From a virus (taxonomy: Duplodnaviria > Heunggongvirae > Uroviricota > Caudoviricetes), in IMG/VR virus record IMGVR_UViG_3300042474_001151, positions 112,431 to 176,430 of that record: a stretch of DNA of 64,000 nucleotides; one strand, 5' to 3'. The notes under the pieces are model-generated. The model saw only the letters and a program-made list of their open reading frames with translations. It was not told where the DNA came from and did no database searches. Within the stretch, counting starts at the first letter, position 1. Each line of letters opens with the position of its first letter. Made by a program: the position numbers and the translations under genes. Positions 29,794 to 39,166 of this stretch are shown here, piece after piece.

Positions 29794-30145
29794 GACTAGA
29801 AAGTTGATTAAACCAGGTGACTTAAACCCAAGAGGAACTTTATTTGGTGGTCAATTATTAAAATGGATTGATGAGGAGGCGGCAATCTTTGCCATTTGTC
29901 AGTTAGGTAGTCCTAATATCGTAACTAAAGCAATGTCTGAGATTGATTTTGTAACTACCGCAAAGCTCGGAGATGTTATTGAATTTGGTATGGACTTAGT
30001 TAAATTTGGAACAACATCGGTTACGTTATGTTGTGATGTTAGAAACAAAAACACTAAACAATCAATCATTAAAATAGATAAAATCATTTTCGTTCTATTA
30101 GATGAAAATGGTAAACCTAAAGCACACAATAAAAAGAATAAATAA
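29783..30145 (+). CDS. Hotdog-fold acyl-CoA thioesterase
   Basis: NPRGTLFGGQLLKWIDEEAA, a YciA/4HBT-like signature. Confidence 0.6.
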   Translation: MIYRTRKLIKPGDLNPRGTLFGGQLLKWIDEEAAIFAICQLGSPNIVTKAMSEIDFVTTAKLGDVIEFGMDLVKFGTTSVTLCCDVRNKNTKQSIIKIDKIIFVLLDENGKPKAHNKKNK

Positions 30146-30146
30146 T

Positions 30147-30317
30147 ATGGAATACTTAATTTTATTTTTGGTCATATTCATTGTTATTGGATTTATTTCA
30201 TGGAGGTGGGTTGTTGGTATTGATTACATGCAAAAAAATCATCCCGATTACAAAGGTGATGATTTTCTTAATTGGGGTGATGAAGACAACCAAGATGATA
30301 AAAATCAAATCATGTAA
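30147..30317 (+). CDS. Small membrane protein
   Basis: MEYLILFLVIFIVIGFISW. Confidence 0.35.
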   Translation: MEYLILFLVIFIVIGFISWRWVVGIDYMQKNHPDYKGDDFLNWGDEDNQDDKNQIM

Positions 30318-30712
30318 TGGCAAAAAAGAAACCTGATTTAGTTGTATGGGACGAAGAAAAAGGATATTATCAAAGGGAATTAACTTATGGTAGTAATCAG
30401 GGTGCGCCTGCGATTAAATTGGAGGATGTTGGTGGTTGGAAACAAATGCAAGCGGGAATTGCCAACAAACAATTTAAATCAAGATACGATGAGTTAAAGG
30501 AAGAGTTTCAAAAGTTAATTGATGAAGTTAATTGGAATGAATTAGTTTATCAATCATCTTACTCATTCATACCGGTTATGGGTGAAACTTATCACTTATA
30601 TGTTAGGGAAGATGAGTCAACATTTCTATCCTTAATTCACCCCACACAATGGAATAAAAAATATGTCGGGTCCTTCAAACTAGACTCAACACAAAAATGG
30701 ATAAAAGTATAG
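30317..30712 (+). CDS. Hypothetical protein
   Basis: ORF only. Confidence 0.45.
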   Translation: MAKKKPDLVVWDEEKGYYQRELTYGSNQGAPAIKLEDVGGWKQMQAGIANKQFKSRYDELKEEFQKLIDEVNWNELVYQSSYSFIPVMGETYHLYVREDESTFLSLIHPTQWNKKYVGSFKLDSTQKWIKV

Positions 30713-30733
30713 GTTTGTTATATTTATATTGAT

Positions 30734-32089
30734 ATGAAGAAGAATTTAATCGAACAGCTGGAAAGAATCCACAGACTTAACTATGGTAAAGAAGCCATCA
30801 AAGAAGGGTTTTTAGATAATATCCTTAAGGCTGTCGGTGTTAAAAAGACTGACAATCCTAAGAAAGCTGATTTAGTCTCTGACGACGTTGAGTCATTTTA
30901 TAGTACGTTAGAAGATGCCGCTAATTCTGGTGGTTTGTCACAACAACAAAAGGGTTCGATGAATTTCCAAAAGAATGTTGAATCGATGCAAATTGGTTTA
31001 AAACTATTGGGTTATGAATTACCAAGATATGGTGTTGATGGTCTTTTTGGACCTGAAACTGCATCCGCGGTTGGTAAGTTTACAAGTGAAAAAGTAAGTG
31101 GTGATACTAAAACCGCAATTAATGAGGCGTTTGTTCGATTGGGTGATACGAGTTATTCTAACGTAAAATTTGACGGTGATGGGACTCAAAATGACCAAAT
31201 AAATCAACCACTATTGGATGATTTACAGACGGCAGCATCTAATGCGGGTGTGACTGTTACAATAACAACTGCAAAATCTGGACACGGAAATTTAACAATA
31301 AATGGAAGACCGAGTAGACACGCCACAAATACTGCTGTTGATATTGCAATATTAGATGGTATTGGTGCGGGTGGAGCATCAAACAAATCCAATGGTAACC
31401 CAAAATTTAGAGAATTAGGTAATAGAGTAAAGAACGAGTTAATTAATATAGGTTATTCATTAAACGCCGAGGGTGGTAATCAAAAAGCGGTATTATGGCA
31501 AACAGACATCGGAGGCAATCACTATAATCATTTACACGTATCTAATAAAGAAGGAGTTTCAGGTTCTGCACCATCAGAAACGATGGCTAAAGCAACACCC
31601 GAAATGCTTAAAAAATTAATTGAATTATTAAAAGAAAAAGGAGTTACTTCTGAAGATTTAAAAAAGAATATTGACACAATAAATGTTGATGATTTGGCAG
31701 ATAAGAACTTCTACGCTAAGTTACTAGAAAACTTAGGAGCACCGATTAGTGATGAAAATATGAAATTCATGTACGCTTGGAGACAAGCTGAAGGTAGAGG
31801 AGGTACATACAATCCATTCAACACAACGTGGAATCTACCAAATTCAACCACGATGAATAGTGCAGGTGTTAGAAATTACACATCGTTAGAAGATGGAATG
31901 GTTGCAACTGTTAAAACCCTAAAAAATGGTAGATACGATTGTATTGTTAACGGACTAAAGAATGATATCGGAGCATCCAACATTGCAAGATGTGAATCCC
32001 TTAAAACTTGGGGTACGGGTGATTTAGTTGCCAAAGTTGTTAATAGTTATAACAACGGAGCAAATCCCAAAATATCCGGTTTAGCGTAA
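30734..32089 (+). CDS. Peptidoglycan-binding domain plus peptidase M15 (LAS)-like lytic enzyme
   Basis: LGYELPRYGVDGLFGPETASAVGKF is a PG_binding_1 motif. SRHATNTAVD and HLHVS match the M15 H...D and HxH motifs. Confidence 0.6.
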   Translation: MKKNLIEQLERIHRLNYGKEAIKEGFLDNILKAVGVKKTDNPKKADLVSDDVESFYSTLEDAANSGGLSQQQKGSMNFQKNVESMQIGLKLLGYELPRYGVDGLFGPETASAVGKFTSEKVSGDTKTAINEAFVRLGDTSYSNVKFDGDGTQNDQINQPLLDDLQTAASNAGVTVTITTAKSGHGNLTINGRPSRHATNTAVDIAILDGIGAGGASNKSNGNPKFRELGNRVKNELINIGYSLNAEGGNQKAVLWQTDIGGNHYNHLHVSNKEGVSGSAPSETMAKATPEMLKKLIELLKEKGVTSEDLKKNIDTINVDDLADKNFYAKLLENLGAPISDENMKFMYAWRQAEGRGGTYNPFNTTWNLPNSTTMNSAGVRNYTSLEDGMVATVKTLKNGRYDCIVNGLKNDIGASNIARCESLKTWGTGDLVAKVVNSYNNGANPKISGLA

Positions 32090-32164
32090 ATTTATATAAT
32101 TTTATTAGTATTTTCTTGGATTTATCAAATATAATCGGTATTTTAGTATTCTAAAACCTATTAT

Positions 32165-32404
32165 ATGCCAAAAGAAACATGTATCTTGTGTGGTAAAGAA
32201 ACACACGAAGAAATAACAACACACGTGGATTTCAGAACTGGTTATGTCGATGGAGCGGGACAATTATGTATTGAATGTTATCGAAAAGGTAACTCATCAA
32301 GTAGAAATCACATAATGATACCAGAGGATTATATAAGCGATTACCCTAACGATATGGAGTTAGGTTCAAAAGTTAGAGAATTTTATCACAACTCATATAA
32401 GTAA
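32165..32404 (+). CDS. Small zinc-ribbon protein
   Basis: CILCG...CIECY. Confidence 0.45.
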   Translation: MPKETCILCGKETHEEITTHVDFRTGYVDGAGQLCIECYRKGNSSSRNHIMIPEDYISDYPNDMELGSKVREFYHNSYK

Positions 32405-32405
32405 C

Positions 32406-32873
32406 ATGAACATTTTCTTTTTAGATTGGAACCCAAAAAAATGTGCAGAATACCATAACGATAAACACGTCGTCAAAATGATATTAGAAACTGCCCAATT
32501 ACTTTGTGGTGCACATTGGGCAACCGGTGGAGAGGCTCCTTATAAGTTATCCCACAAGAATCATCCTTGTTCTGTGTGGGTTAGAGAGGATTTACAGAAT
32601 TATATTTGGTTAGTTGACTTAGGGTTCAACCTATGTCAAGAATATACATATCGATACGGAAAACGTCATAAAACACAGGATATTATTGAGTGGTGTGCTT
32701 ATCACAGACCAAAAATTAAGGATTTAGAATTCACGCCACCAGCACTTGCAATGCCCGATAATTATAAAGTGTACGATGACACCATCCAATCTTATAGAAA
32801 TTATTATCTTGGAGATAAAAAGGAATTTTGTAAATGGAAAGGTAGAGAAACTCCAGAATGGTTCCAATTGTAA
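32406..32873 (+). CDS. Hypothetical protein
   Basis: ORF only. Confidence 0.45.
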   Translation: MNIFFLDWNPKKCAEYHNDKHVVKMILETAQLLCGAHWATGGEAPYKLSHKNHPCSVWVREDLQNYIWLVDLGFNLCQEYTYRYGKRHKTQDIIEWCAYHRPKIKDLEFTPPALAMPDNYKVYDDTIQSYRNYYLGDKKEFCKWKGRETPEWFQL

Positions 32874-32914
32874 TAATCCGAGTATTTATATAGATATAAG
32901 AAATCTACAACCAA

Positions 32915-34249
32915 ATGAAAGAAATATTAAAAAAAGATTTACTAGCTAAATTGAACGAATCATCCCTTGAAATGGATGAAATGTCAAAATATAATCCAGG
33001 TAGAGAAGAAAAGAATCCATGGGATGAAACTCCTGAAGAAAGAGAAGAAAGACAAAGATTTGAGAAAAGATCTGTAACAAAGTCTTATCGTTTTCAGAAA
33101 CCTCCGATTGGTACAAGACCAGAAGATATGCCACCGGTTGATATTTGGATTTATAATCCAACAAAAGACCCACAAGGTGAGAAAACTGCAGTTATACCAA
33201 CAGGTTTAGAACCAATTACTGAAGAGCAATTAAAGGCGGCAAACCCTAAGTTTTTTGAATGGGCTCAAAAAGAAATGGGAGATAGAATTCATATCATTCG
33301 AATGAAAAAAGTTCATCATGACCCTCTTGAGCCAGGTAAAGCTAAACCCTCACCTAAAGCACTTGGTCTTAGACAAAAAACTAATTTAAGTTTTGAAACT
33401 AAAGATTCTGGCCCAACGAGTGAAAGAGAAAAAATATTAAGAAGTTTTAACCCAATTGTTAGTAGAGTATTAATTAATCAAGAAGTAAACGATAAGTTAA
33501 TCGAATCTGGATTCCCTCCGTTAAAAATGCCTGACCAAATGTTTAAAGGTCAAAAGGCGGCAATTGATAGACATAGTACAATTGGTAATAGTGAAATTAA
33601 TTTTGGCGGACACAACTATGATTTCTATTTAAACATTGCGGATTTTGCACAAGCGAATGAAGATAGATTATATGGAGATGCTCCAAGTGTTGATATTTTA
33701 ACCACTCACATGCCTCGTCAATACAATCCAGGTGCTAACTGGGATGCATTAAGACCTACCGAGAATATGGATTTAAATTATAAAAATGATCCATTAACTC
33801 CATTGTTAAAATTAGCGAAGAGAGGATATCGTCCTGAAGATAGAGATGTTGCCGTTTCAAGTAGTATCTCAATTAGAGGTATTGAAAGAATACAAAATGA
33901 TGGTAATTCAATATTTGAATGGACCGTTGATTTCAGTACATTAATTGGTAAGAAATTAAAAGACCAAATGAGAATTGCTGGTAATAATAGACAAAAAGAT
34001 AAAAACTTTACATGTACGGAATCATCTGTACCATTTTTATGTGCGGGTAATCCATTACAATATAGTGAATGTGTTGAGGCTTTAGTTAAATGTTTAAATA
34101 AAGTTAAGGGTGACATCTTATCAATGGATGTTACTGCGGAATTAGAATCAAGAAGTGTTGTTGATAGAAGTGATATCACACAAAGAATGAATGAAGATAC
34201 CATATCTAAGTTAGTATCGAACATTATGAAACAAATAAAAAGAAATTAA
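32915..34249 (+). CDS. Large hypothetical protein
   Basis: 444 aa, followed by the strong terminator at 34299..34327. Confidence 0.5.
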   Translation: MKEILKKDLLAKLNESSLEMDEMSKYNPGREEKNPWDETPEEREERQRFEKRSVTKSYRFQKPPIGTRPEDMPPVDIWIYNPTKDPQGEKTAVIPTGLEPITEEQLKAANPKFFEWAQKEMGDRIHIIRMKKVHHDPLEPGKAKPSPKALGLRQKTNLSFETKDSGPTSEREKILRSFNPIVSRVLINQEVNDKLIESGFPPLKMPDQMFKGQKAAIDRHSTIGNSEINFGGHNYDFYLNIADFAQANEDRLYGDAPSVDILTTHMPRQYNPGANWDALRPTENMDLNYKNDPLTPLLKLAKRGYRPEDRDVAVSSSISIRGIERIQNDGNSIFEWTVDFSTLIGKKLKDQMRIAGNNRQKDKNFTCTESSVPFLCAGNPLQYSECVEALVKCLNKVKGDILSMDVTAELESRSVVDRSDITQRMNEDTISKLVSNIMKQIKRN

Positions 34250-34298
34250 CCTCTCCTTGGTAATTTCCAAGGACTGACCTACGTAGGGTTTCAGTTAG

Positions 34299-34327
34299 TC
34301 CCCCAAAGAAATTTGGGGGATTTTTTT
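34299..34327 (+). terminator. Intrinsic terminator
   Basis: TCCCCCAAA-GAAA-TTTGGGGGA followed by T7. Confidence 0.75.
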
Positions 34328-34334
34328 GCAATAT

Positions 34335-34365
34335 TTTGGAATATCAATAATAATATTTATTTTTG
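34335..34365 (+). promoter_or_regulatory. Bacteroidetes-type promoter, class A (TTTGGAATAT...TATTTTTG)
   Basis: TTTG, 19 nt, then TATTTTTG, about 20 nt upstream of the ATG at 34385. Confidence 0.55.
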
Positions 34366-34384
34366 TGTTATAAACTAACTCACA

Positions 34385-34885
34385 ATGAGCACAAACTACT
34401 ACAGAATACCAACACACGAAGAGATGTTGAAAAGACAACAAACTCTAATTCAACAAGTTACAACAATGGACATGTCAATAGAAAACCTCGAAAGGGGAAT
34501 GAAGTATATCTCACCAACAAAAGATTGGGAATGGTTTTCACCTTGGGAAATGTTTATCGATGGAACAAACATTCATTTAGGTAAACGAAGTGTGGGTTGG
34601 AAATTCTGTTGGAATTTCCATAAGGACAAATACTACGACAGTAAAGAAAGTCTATTAGATTTTATTCGTTCGGGTAGAGTTGTTAATGAATATGGTGAAG
34701 AACAAGATATTGAGGAGTTCATCATAATGGCACTCGAATGGGGTGAACCTGACGGTTGGGTTGTAAATGCGGAGTATCGAAAAGAACAACGTCAGAAAGG
34801 TGTGGGTTCTTTCTTTGATAAATCAGAATATGATGATAAGATTGTAGACGGATTAAGAGTTTCATCAGCGACAGATTTTTGTTAA
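34385..34885 (+). CDS. Hypothetical protein
   Basis: ORF only. Confidence 0.5.
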   Translation: MSTNYYRIPTHEEMLKRQQTLIQQVTTMDMSIENLERGMKYISPTKDWEWFSPWEMFIDGTNIHLGKRSVGWKFCWNFHKDKYYDSKESLLDFIRSGRVVNEYGEEQDIEEFIIMALEWGEPDGWVVNAEYRKEQRQKGVGSFFDKSEYDDKIVDGLRVSSATDFC

Positions 34886-34886
34886 T

Positions 34887-35540
34887 ATGATTAAGATAGA
34901 AAATAATAGAAAGGTTTGGATAACATCCGATACACATTATAACCACACAAACATATGTCGTGGTGTAACTAAATGGAGAATGTTAGATGGTTCTGTACCT
35001 GAAGCACAAACTAGGGATTTCATGAATTTAGATAAAATGAATTCGGCAATTGTAAATAACATAAATGAGTTTGTTGGTCAAGACGATGTGCTGATTCATT
35101 TGGGTGATTGGTCGTTTGGTGGGTTTGAACAAATAGAAGAGTTTCGTAATAGAATTATCTGTAAAGAGATTCATTTAACTTTTGGTAATCATGACCACCA
35201 TATTGAAAGGAACCGTGAGGATTGCCAAAGACATTTTGCATCATCACAATGGTTCCTACAATTAAATTATTTGGGTGAGACGCTTGAGTTGATGCACTAT
35301 CCAATTGCTTCGTGGAATGGACTGAATAAGGGACGTATTCATCTTCATGGACATTGTCACCTACCTAACAATAAAAAGTTCGGTAATGGTCGTAGAATGG
35401 ACGTTGGTATGGATGGGAATCTTGACTTTGCACCATATAATTTAAGAGACATAGTTAACTCAATGAAGAATAGACCAGTTGGTTCTGAACTTGGGGTTGA
35501 TGATCATCACATTGATGAATTAAAAAATGTTGACCGATAA
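34887..35540 (+). CDS. Calcineurin-like metallophosphoesterase
   Basis: SDTHYNH, HLGDW and GNHDHH motifs. Confidence 0.8.
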   Translation: MIKIENNRKVWITSDTHYNHTNICRGVTKWRMLDGSVPEAQTRDFMNLDKMNSAIVNNINEFVGQDDVLIHLGDWSFGGFEQIEEFRNRIICKEIHLTFGNHDHHIERNREDCQRHFASSQWFLQLNYLGETLELMHYPIASWNGLNKGRIHLHGHCHLPNNKKFGNGRRMDVGMDGNLDFAPYNLRDIVNSMKNRPVGSELGVDDHHIDELKNVDR

Positions 35541-35590
35541 TTTTTTTATTCCGAAAATAATTCATATATTTTTATAAACACAAACCACAC

Positions 35591-35998
35591 ATGAAAGAAA
35601 CATTAAAAAAAGTATTTGACAAGCGCATTTTGGCTCTTGTTGGATTAATATTTGGTATCGGTCTAACTTTTCAATTTATCGTATTTCCAGGTTTAACCAC
35701 CGCGGATACCGTTTTAAACATCCTATCGATATTTGTGGGGATGTTCTCACTTTTATTTGCGTTCTATTTTATACAATCGAAAGATTTATTTAATTTTTCA
35801 TCAGATAAAGATGAAATTATCCTACCAGGAGAAACAGAATACGATTACATCCCAAAGGACAAGATTGTTAAAAAGAAAAGAAATCCAAAACAATTTACTG
35901 AAGTTAAAAGTGAAGAACCTTTCGTGAAAACCAGAAAGAAAAACAAACCTGAGTTCCCAATGAAACCTCACCACACAACAATTAATAAAACAAAATAA
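35591..35998 (+). CDS. Membrane protein with basic tail
   Basis: Two TM helices. Confidence 0.45.
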   Translation: MKETLKKVFDKRILALVGLIFGIGLTFQFIVFPGLTTADTVLNILSIFVGMFSLLFAFYFIQSKDLFNFSSDKDEIILPGETEYDYIPKDKIVKKKRNPKQFTEVKSEEPFVKTRKKNKPEFPMKPHHTTINKTK

Positions 35999-35999
35999 T

Positions 36000-36266
36000 A
36001 TGGCAAAATTTAGAAAAAAACCCGTAGTAATAACCGCGGTACAATACGATGGTAATTTTAGATGTTTAGACTGCTTCTCAATTAGTGAAGTGTCACATTT
36101 TATTGTTTCAAAAGATTCGGAGGGTAATCAATGTATTAAGATACCAACCTTAGAAGGTGAAATGATTGCATCAATTGGGGATTATATCATTAGAGGAGTA
36201 CAAGGTGAGTACTATCCGTGCAAACCTGATATTTTTGAAATGACTTATGAAATGGTAGAAAATTAA
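36000..36266 (+). CDS. Hypothetical protein
   Basis: Its start context AAATAATATGGCAAAATTTAG is identical to that of the next gene. Confidence 0.45.
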   Translation: MAKFRKKPVVITAVQYDGNFRCLDCFSISEVSHFIVSKDSEGNQCIKIPTLEGEMIASIGDYIIRGVQGEYYPCKPDIFEMTYEMVEN

Positions 36267-36278
36267 TAACAAAATAAT

Positions 36279-37235
36279 ATGGCAAAATTTAGTAGATACG
36301 ACTATCGTTATGATAATCATGGTAATCGTAGGTCAGAGGAAGAACTTGACCGTTTAGAAACACAATTTAATAATGAACAACAATTAAAACTAAAAAAAAT
36401 GATTAAGGCAATCGGAGCAAGCGTTATAGGATTTTTCCTATTAGTGGTATTATTCAATTCGTGTGAGAGAATTGATGCAGGTTATGTGGGTGTTAAAGTA
36501 AACCAATATGGTGATAACAAAGGTGTGGACGATGTAGTAGCAGTTACCGGTATGGTATTCTATAACCCACTTACTACAAAAGTATATGAGTTCCCTACGT
36601 TCATTCAACACAAAGAATATAAAAAAACAGAGGATGCTGATAATTCATTCATTGTAAATTCAAAGGATGGTTCGGAATTTTCCGTTTCACCAATCATGAA
36701 CTATTCAGTTCAAAGAGATAAAGTACCTGCAATTTTTAGTAAGTATCGTAGACCTTTGGAAGATATTGAGGAGGGATTCTTGAAGACATCAGTATACGAT
36801 GCGTTCAGATTAGCAACTAACAAATATACGGCTGATGAATTAATTAGTAATAGAGCAGTATTTGAGGTTGAAGTTCGTAGATTATTAGACGCTCAGTTAT
36901 TAAAAGAGGGATTCGTTATCAATCAATTCACATCAAATTTAATTTATCCTGAAACATTTAAGAAGTCTATTGAGGCTAAGAACAACGCAGTTCAGGCGGC
37001 ATTGAGAGCGGAGAATGAAGTTAAAACTGCAGAAGCTCAGGCGAAGATTAAAGTAGCAACTGCGGAAGGTAATGCTCAAGCGATGTTAACATCAGCTAAG
37101 GCGGAATCCGAGGCAAATAGAATGAAACAACAAACTCTTACACCGTTATTATTACAATTAGAGTATATCAACAAATGGGATGGTAAGTTACCAGTATATG
37201 GAACAGTTCCACAGATGTTCAAAAATATTCAATAA
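36279..37235 (+). CDS. SPFH/band-7 (stomatin/prohibitin-like) membrane protein
   Basis: N-terminal TM segment, SPFH-like core, then an A/E/K-rich coiled tail. Confidence 0.6.
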   Translation: MAKFSRYDYRYDNHGNRRSEEELDRLETQFNNEQQLKLKKMIKAIGASVIGFFLLVVLFNSCERIDAGYVGVKVNQYGDNKGVDDVVAVTGMVFYNPLTTKVYEFPTFIQHKEYKKTEDADNSFIVNSKDGSEFSVSPIMNYSVQRDKVPAIFSKYRRPLEDIEEGFLKTSVYDAFRLATNKYTADELISNRAVFEVEVRRLLDAQLLKEGFVINQFTSNLIYPETFKKSIEAKNNAVQAALRAENEVKTAEAQAKIKVATAEGNAQAMLTSAKAESEANRMKQQTLTPLLLQLEYINKWDGKLPVYGTVPQMFKNIQ

Positions 37236-37774
37236 TGAAATTTACCGAAACAGAAATAGAAGGTTGTTACATAATAACCTACGATACGTTTCATGACGAA
37301 CGTGGTTACTTCGCCGTACCATATAATAAAGATATATTCAATAATAATGTGGGGTATGAAGTGGAGTTCATTCAGGATAATATGTCATATTCTCATTTAG
37401 GGACCATTAGAGGACTTCATTTCCAAACAGGTGAGTACGAACAGGCCAAACTTGTTACGTGTATCACCGGACGAGTATTGGATGTTATCGTTGATATTAG
37501 AAAGGAATCCCCAAGTTATGGTAAGGTTGTTGAGGTTGAACTTGGTTGGAAAAAAAACAAACAAGTGTTCATACCAAGAGGATGTGCTCACGGATTCTCG
37601 GCGTTAAGTGATAATACAATATTTCAATATAAAGTTGATAACCCATACAACAAAGAAAGTGAAGGTGGGATTATATACAACGACCCAACTTTGAATATCA
37701 ATTGGAGAGTGAGTGGTTACTTAGAAAGAATATCTGAAAAGGATTTAGAACTACCAACTTTCTTATCTTTATAG
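37235..37774 (+). CDS. rmlC: dTDP-4-dehydrorhamnose 3,5-epimerase
   Basis: RGLHFQ...QAKLVTCITGRVLDVIVDIR...IPRGCAHGF and YNDP motifs. Confidence 0.85.
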   Translation: MKFTETEIEGCYIITYDTFHDERGYFAVPYNKDIFNNNVGYEVEFIQDNMSYSHLGTIRGLHFQTGEYEQAKLVTCITGRVLDVIVDIRKESPSYGKVVEVELGWKKNKQVFIPRGCAHGFSALSDNTIFQYKVDNPYNKESEGGIIYNDPTLNINWRVSGYLERISEKDLELPTFLSL

Positions 37775-37827
37775 TGTATTTATAAGAATAAAACCTAATA
37801 ACAAGTATTTATATATAAAATAGAATT

Positions 37828-38052
37828 ATGTCAAAAGTTATTAAATTAAAACAATCTGATATTGAAAGAATTGTTTCAAATATAGTTAACGAGCAAGAAA
37901 TGGGGGATGTAAATCCTGATAGTATTGCTCACGAAGAAGAAATAGATGAGGAAATGGGTGGTGGAGACATCGACGTTTATCCCGCTAAAGATGCAAAAGG
38001 TAACTTGTTTTTAGTCAACGCAAGGACTGGCCAAATTGTGGCTAAGGACTAA
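37828..38052 (+). CDS. Acidic hypothetical protein
   Basis: ORF followed by a terminator. Confidence 0.45.
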   Translation: MSKVIKLKQSDIERIVSNIVNEQEMGDVNPDSIAHEEEIDEEMGGGDIDVYPAKDAKGNLFLVNARTGQIVAKD

Positions 38053-38062
38053 TATATTCTAA

Positions 38063-38089
38063 CCCTCACAGAAAATGTGAGGGTTTTTT
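38063..38089 (+). terminator. Intrinsic terminator
   Basis: CCCTCACA-GAAAA-TGTGAGGG followed by T6. Confidence 0.75.
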
Positions 38090-38098
38090 ATGCTATTT

Positions 38099-38130
38099 TT
38101 TGGAATATTCAAAAATTTTATTTATCTTTG
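38099..38130 (+). promoter_or_regulatory. Bacteroidetes-type promoter, class A
   Basis: TTTGGAATATTC, 20 nt, then TATCTTTG, 5 nt before the ATG at 38135 (short or no leader). Confidence 0.55.
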
Positions 38131-38134
38131 TTAT

Positions 38135-38611
38135 ATGAAAAACACAGAGTACAAGATATATTGTGACATGGACGGAGTCTTGGTTGACTTTGATAAAGGT
38201 TACAAAGAATTAACCGGTGAGGATTTAACCCCTGGTGTGCATAGAAATGACACAGACTTTTGGGACCCGATTAATAAAGCCGGTTATGATTTCTGGATTA
38301 AATTGGGTTGGATGAAAGATGGTAAAAGATTATGGAATTATATTGAAAAATATAAACCAGAAATATTATCTGCACCATCTAGACAAAACGATTCAAGAGT
38401 TGCAAAACATGATTGGGTTGAAAGAGAACTACCCGACACACATTTAATTCTTAGAAGTGCAAAACATAAGAAAGATTTTGCAACACCAACATCAATTCTA
38501 ATTGACGACAGGTTGGATAATATTCAAGGATGGAGAGATGCCGGTGGTATTGGTATTCATCATGTTAATACTAAACATACCATTGACCAATTAAAAGTTT
38601 TAGGATTATAA
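38135..38611 (+). CDS. 5'(3')-deoxyribonucleotidase-like HAD protein (NT5C family)
   Basis: IYCDMDGVLVDF matches the NT5C motif I. The start was moved from 38090 to the Met at 38135. Confidence 0.6.
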   Translation: MKNTEYKIYCDMDGVLVDFDKGYKELTGEDLTPGVHRNDTDFWDPINKAGYDFWIKLGWMKDGKRLWNYIEKYKPEILSAPSRQNDSRVAKHDWVERELPDTHLILRSAKHKKDFATPTSILIDDRLDNIQGWRDAGGIGIHHVNTKHTIDQLKVLGL

Positions 38612-38621
38612 AATATAATTT

Positions 38622-38864
38622 ATGCTATTCAAATATACTATTAGTTTGGAAGTTGAGGTTGAATTCGAGGCACCATTGTTAGGTGCCGACAACACCAAAC
38701 ACAAAAGAAAGTATGCTGGGTCAATTGCAAAAAAAACACTTCAAGAGATGGTAAGTCTTAATAGTACTTCATTAATTGTTGATAGAAATATTGAAGAGGA
38801 CAACTTTAATGGAACAATTAAAGGTCGTGCACATTTAGGTAAATCACTAAAAAACAAATATTAA
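38622..38864 (+). CDS. Hypothetical protein
   Basis: ORF only. Confidence 0.4.
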   Translation: MLFKYTISLEVEVEFEAPLLGADNTKHKRKYAGSIAKKTLQEMVSLNSTSLIVDRNIEEDNFNGTIKGRAHLGKSLKNKY

Positions 38865-38865
38865 A

Positions 38866-39150
38866 ATGAAAAAGTTAATTATATTAATAATGTTGTTGGG
38901 AGTGACAACATTAGAGGCGAAGCCGAAATATCGTATTGAAACTTGGTTTCAAGACGAGTACCAATATTTTTTACCACAAAAAAAAGTATGGTATAAAACA
39001 AATTATTTTCCGTTGCCGTTTAAAGTATGGATATCTGGAGATTATCCATTTCAAAATAAAGACCAAGCGGAAGAAATAATTAAAAATTGGAATCAATCGG
39101 ATATTGATAGAAAAAAATATAAAAAATCAGAATTTATTTATATAAAATAA
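38866..39150 (+). CDS. Small secreted protein
   Basis: N-terminal signal peptide MKKLIILIMLLGVTTLEA. Confidence 0.45.
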   Translation: MKKLIILIMLLGVTTLEAKPKYRIETWFQDEYQYFLPQKKVWYKTNYFPLPFKVWISGDYPFQNKDQAEEIIKNWNQSDIDRKKYKKSEFIYIK

Positions 39151-39166
39151 AATAAAATACAAAATA

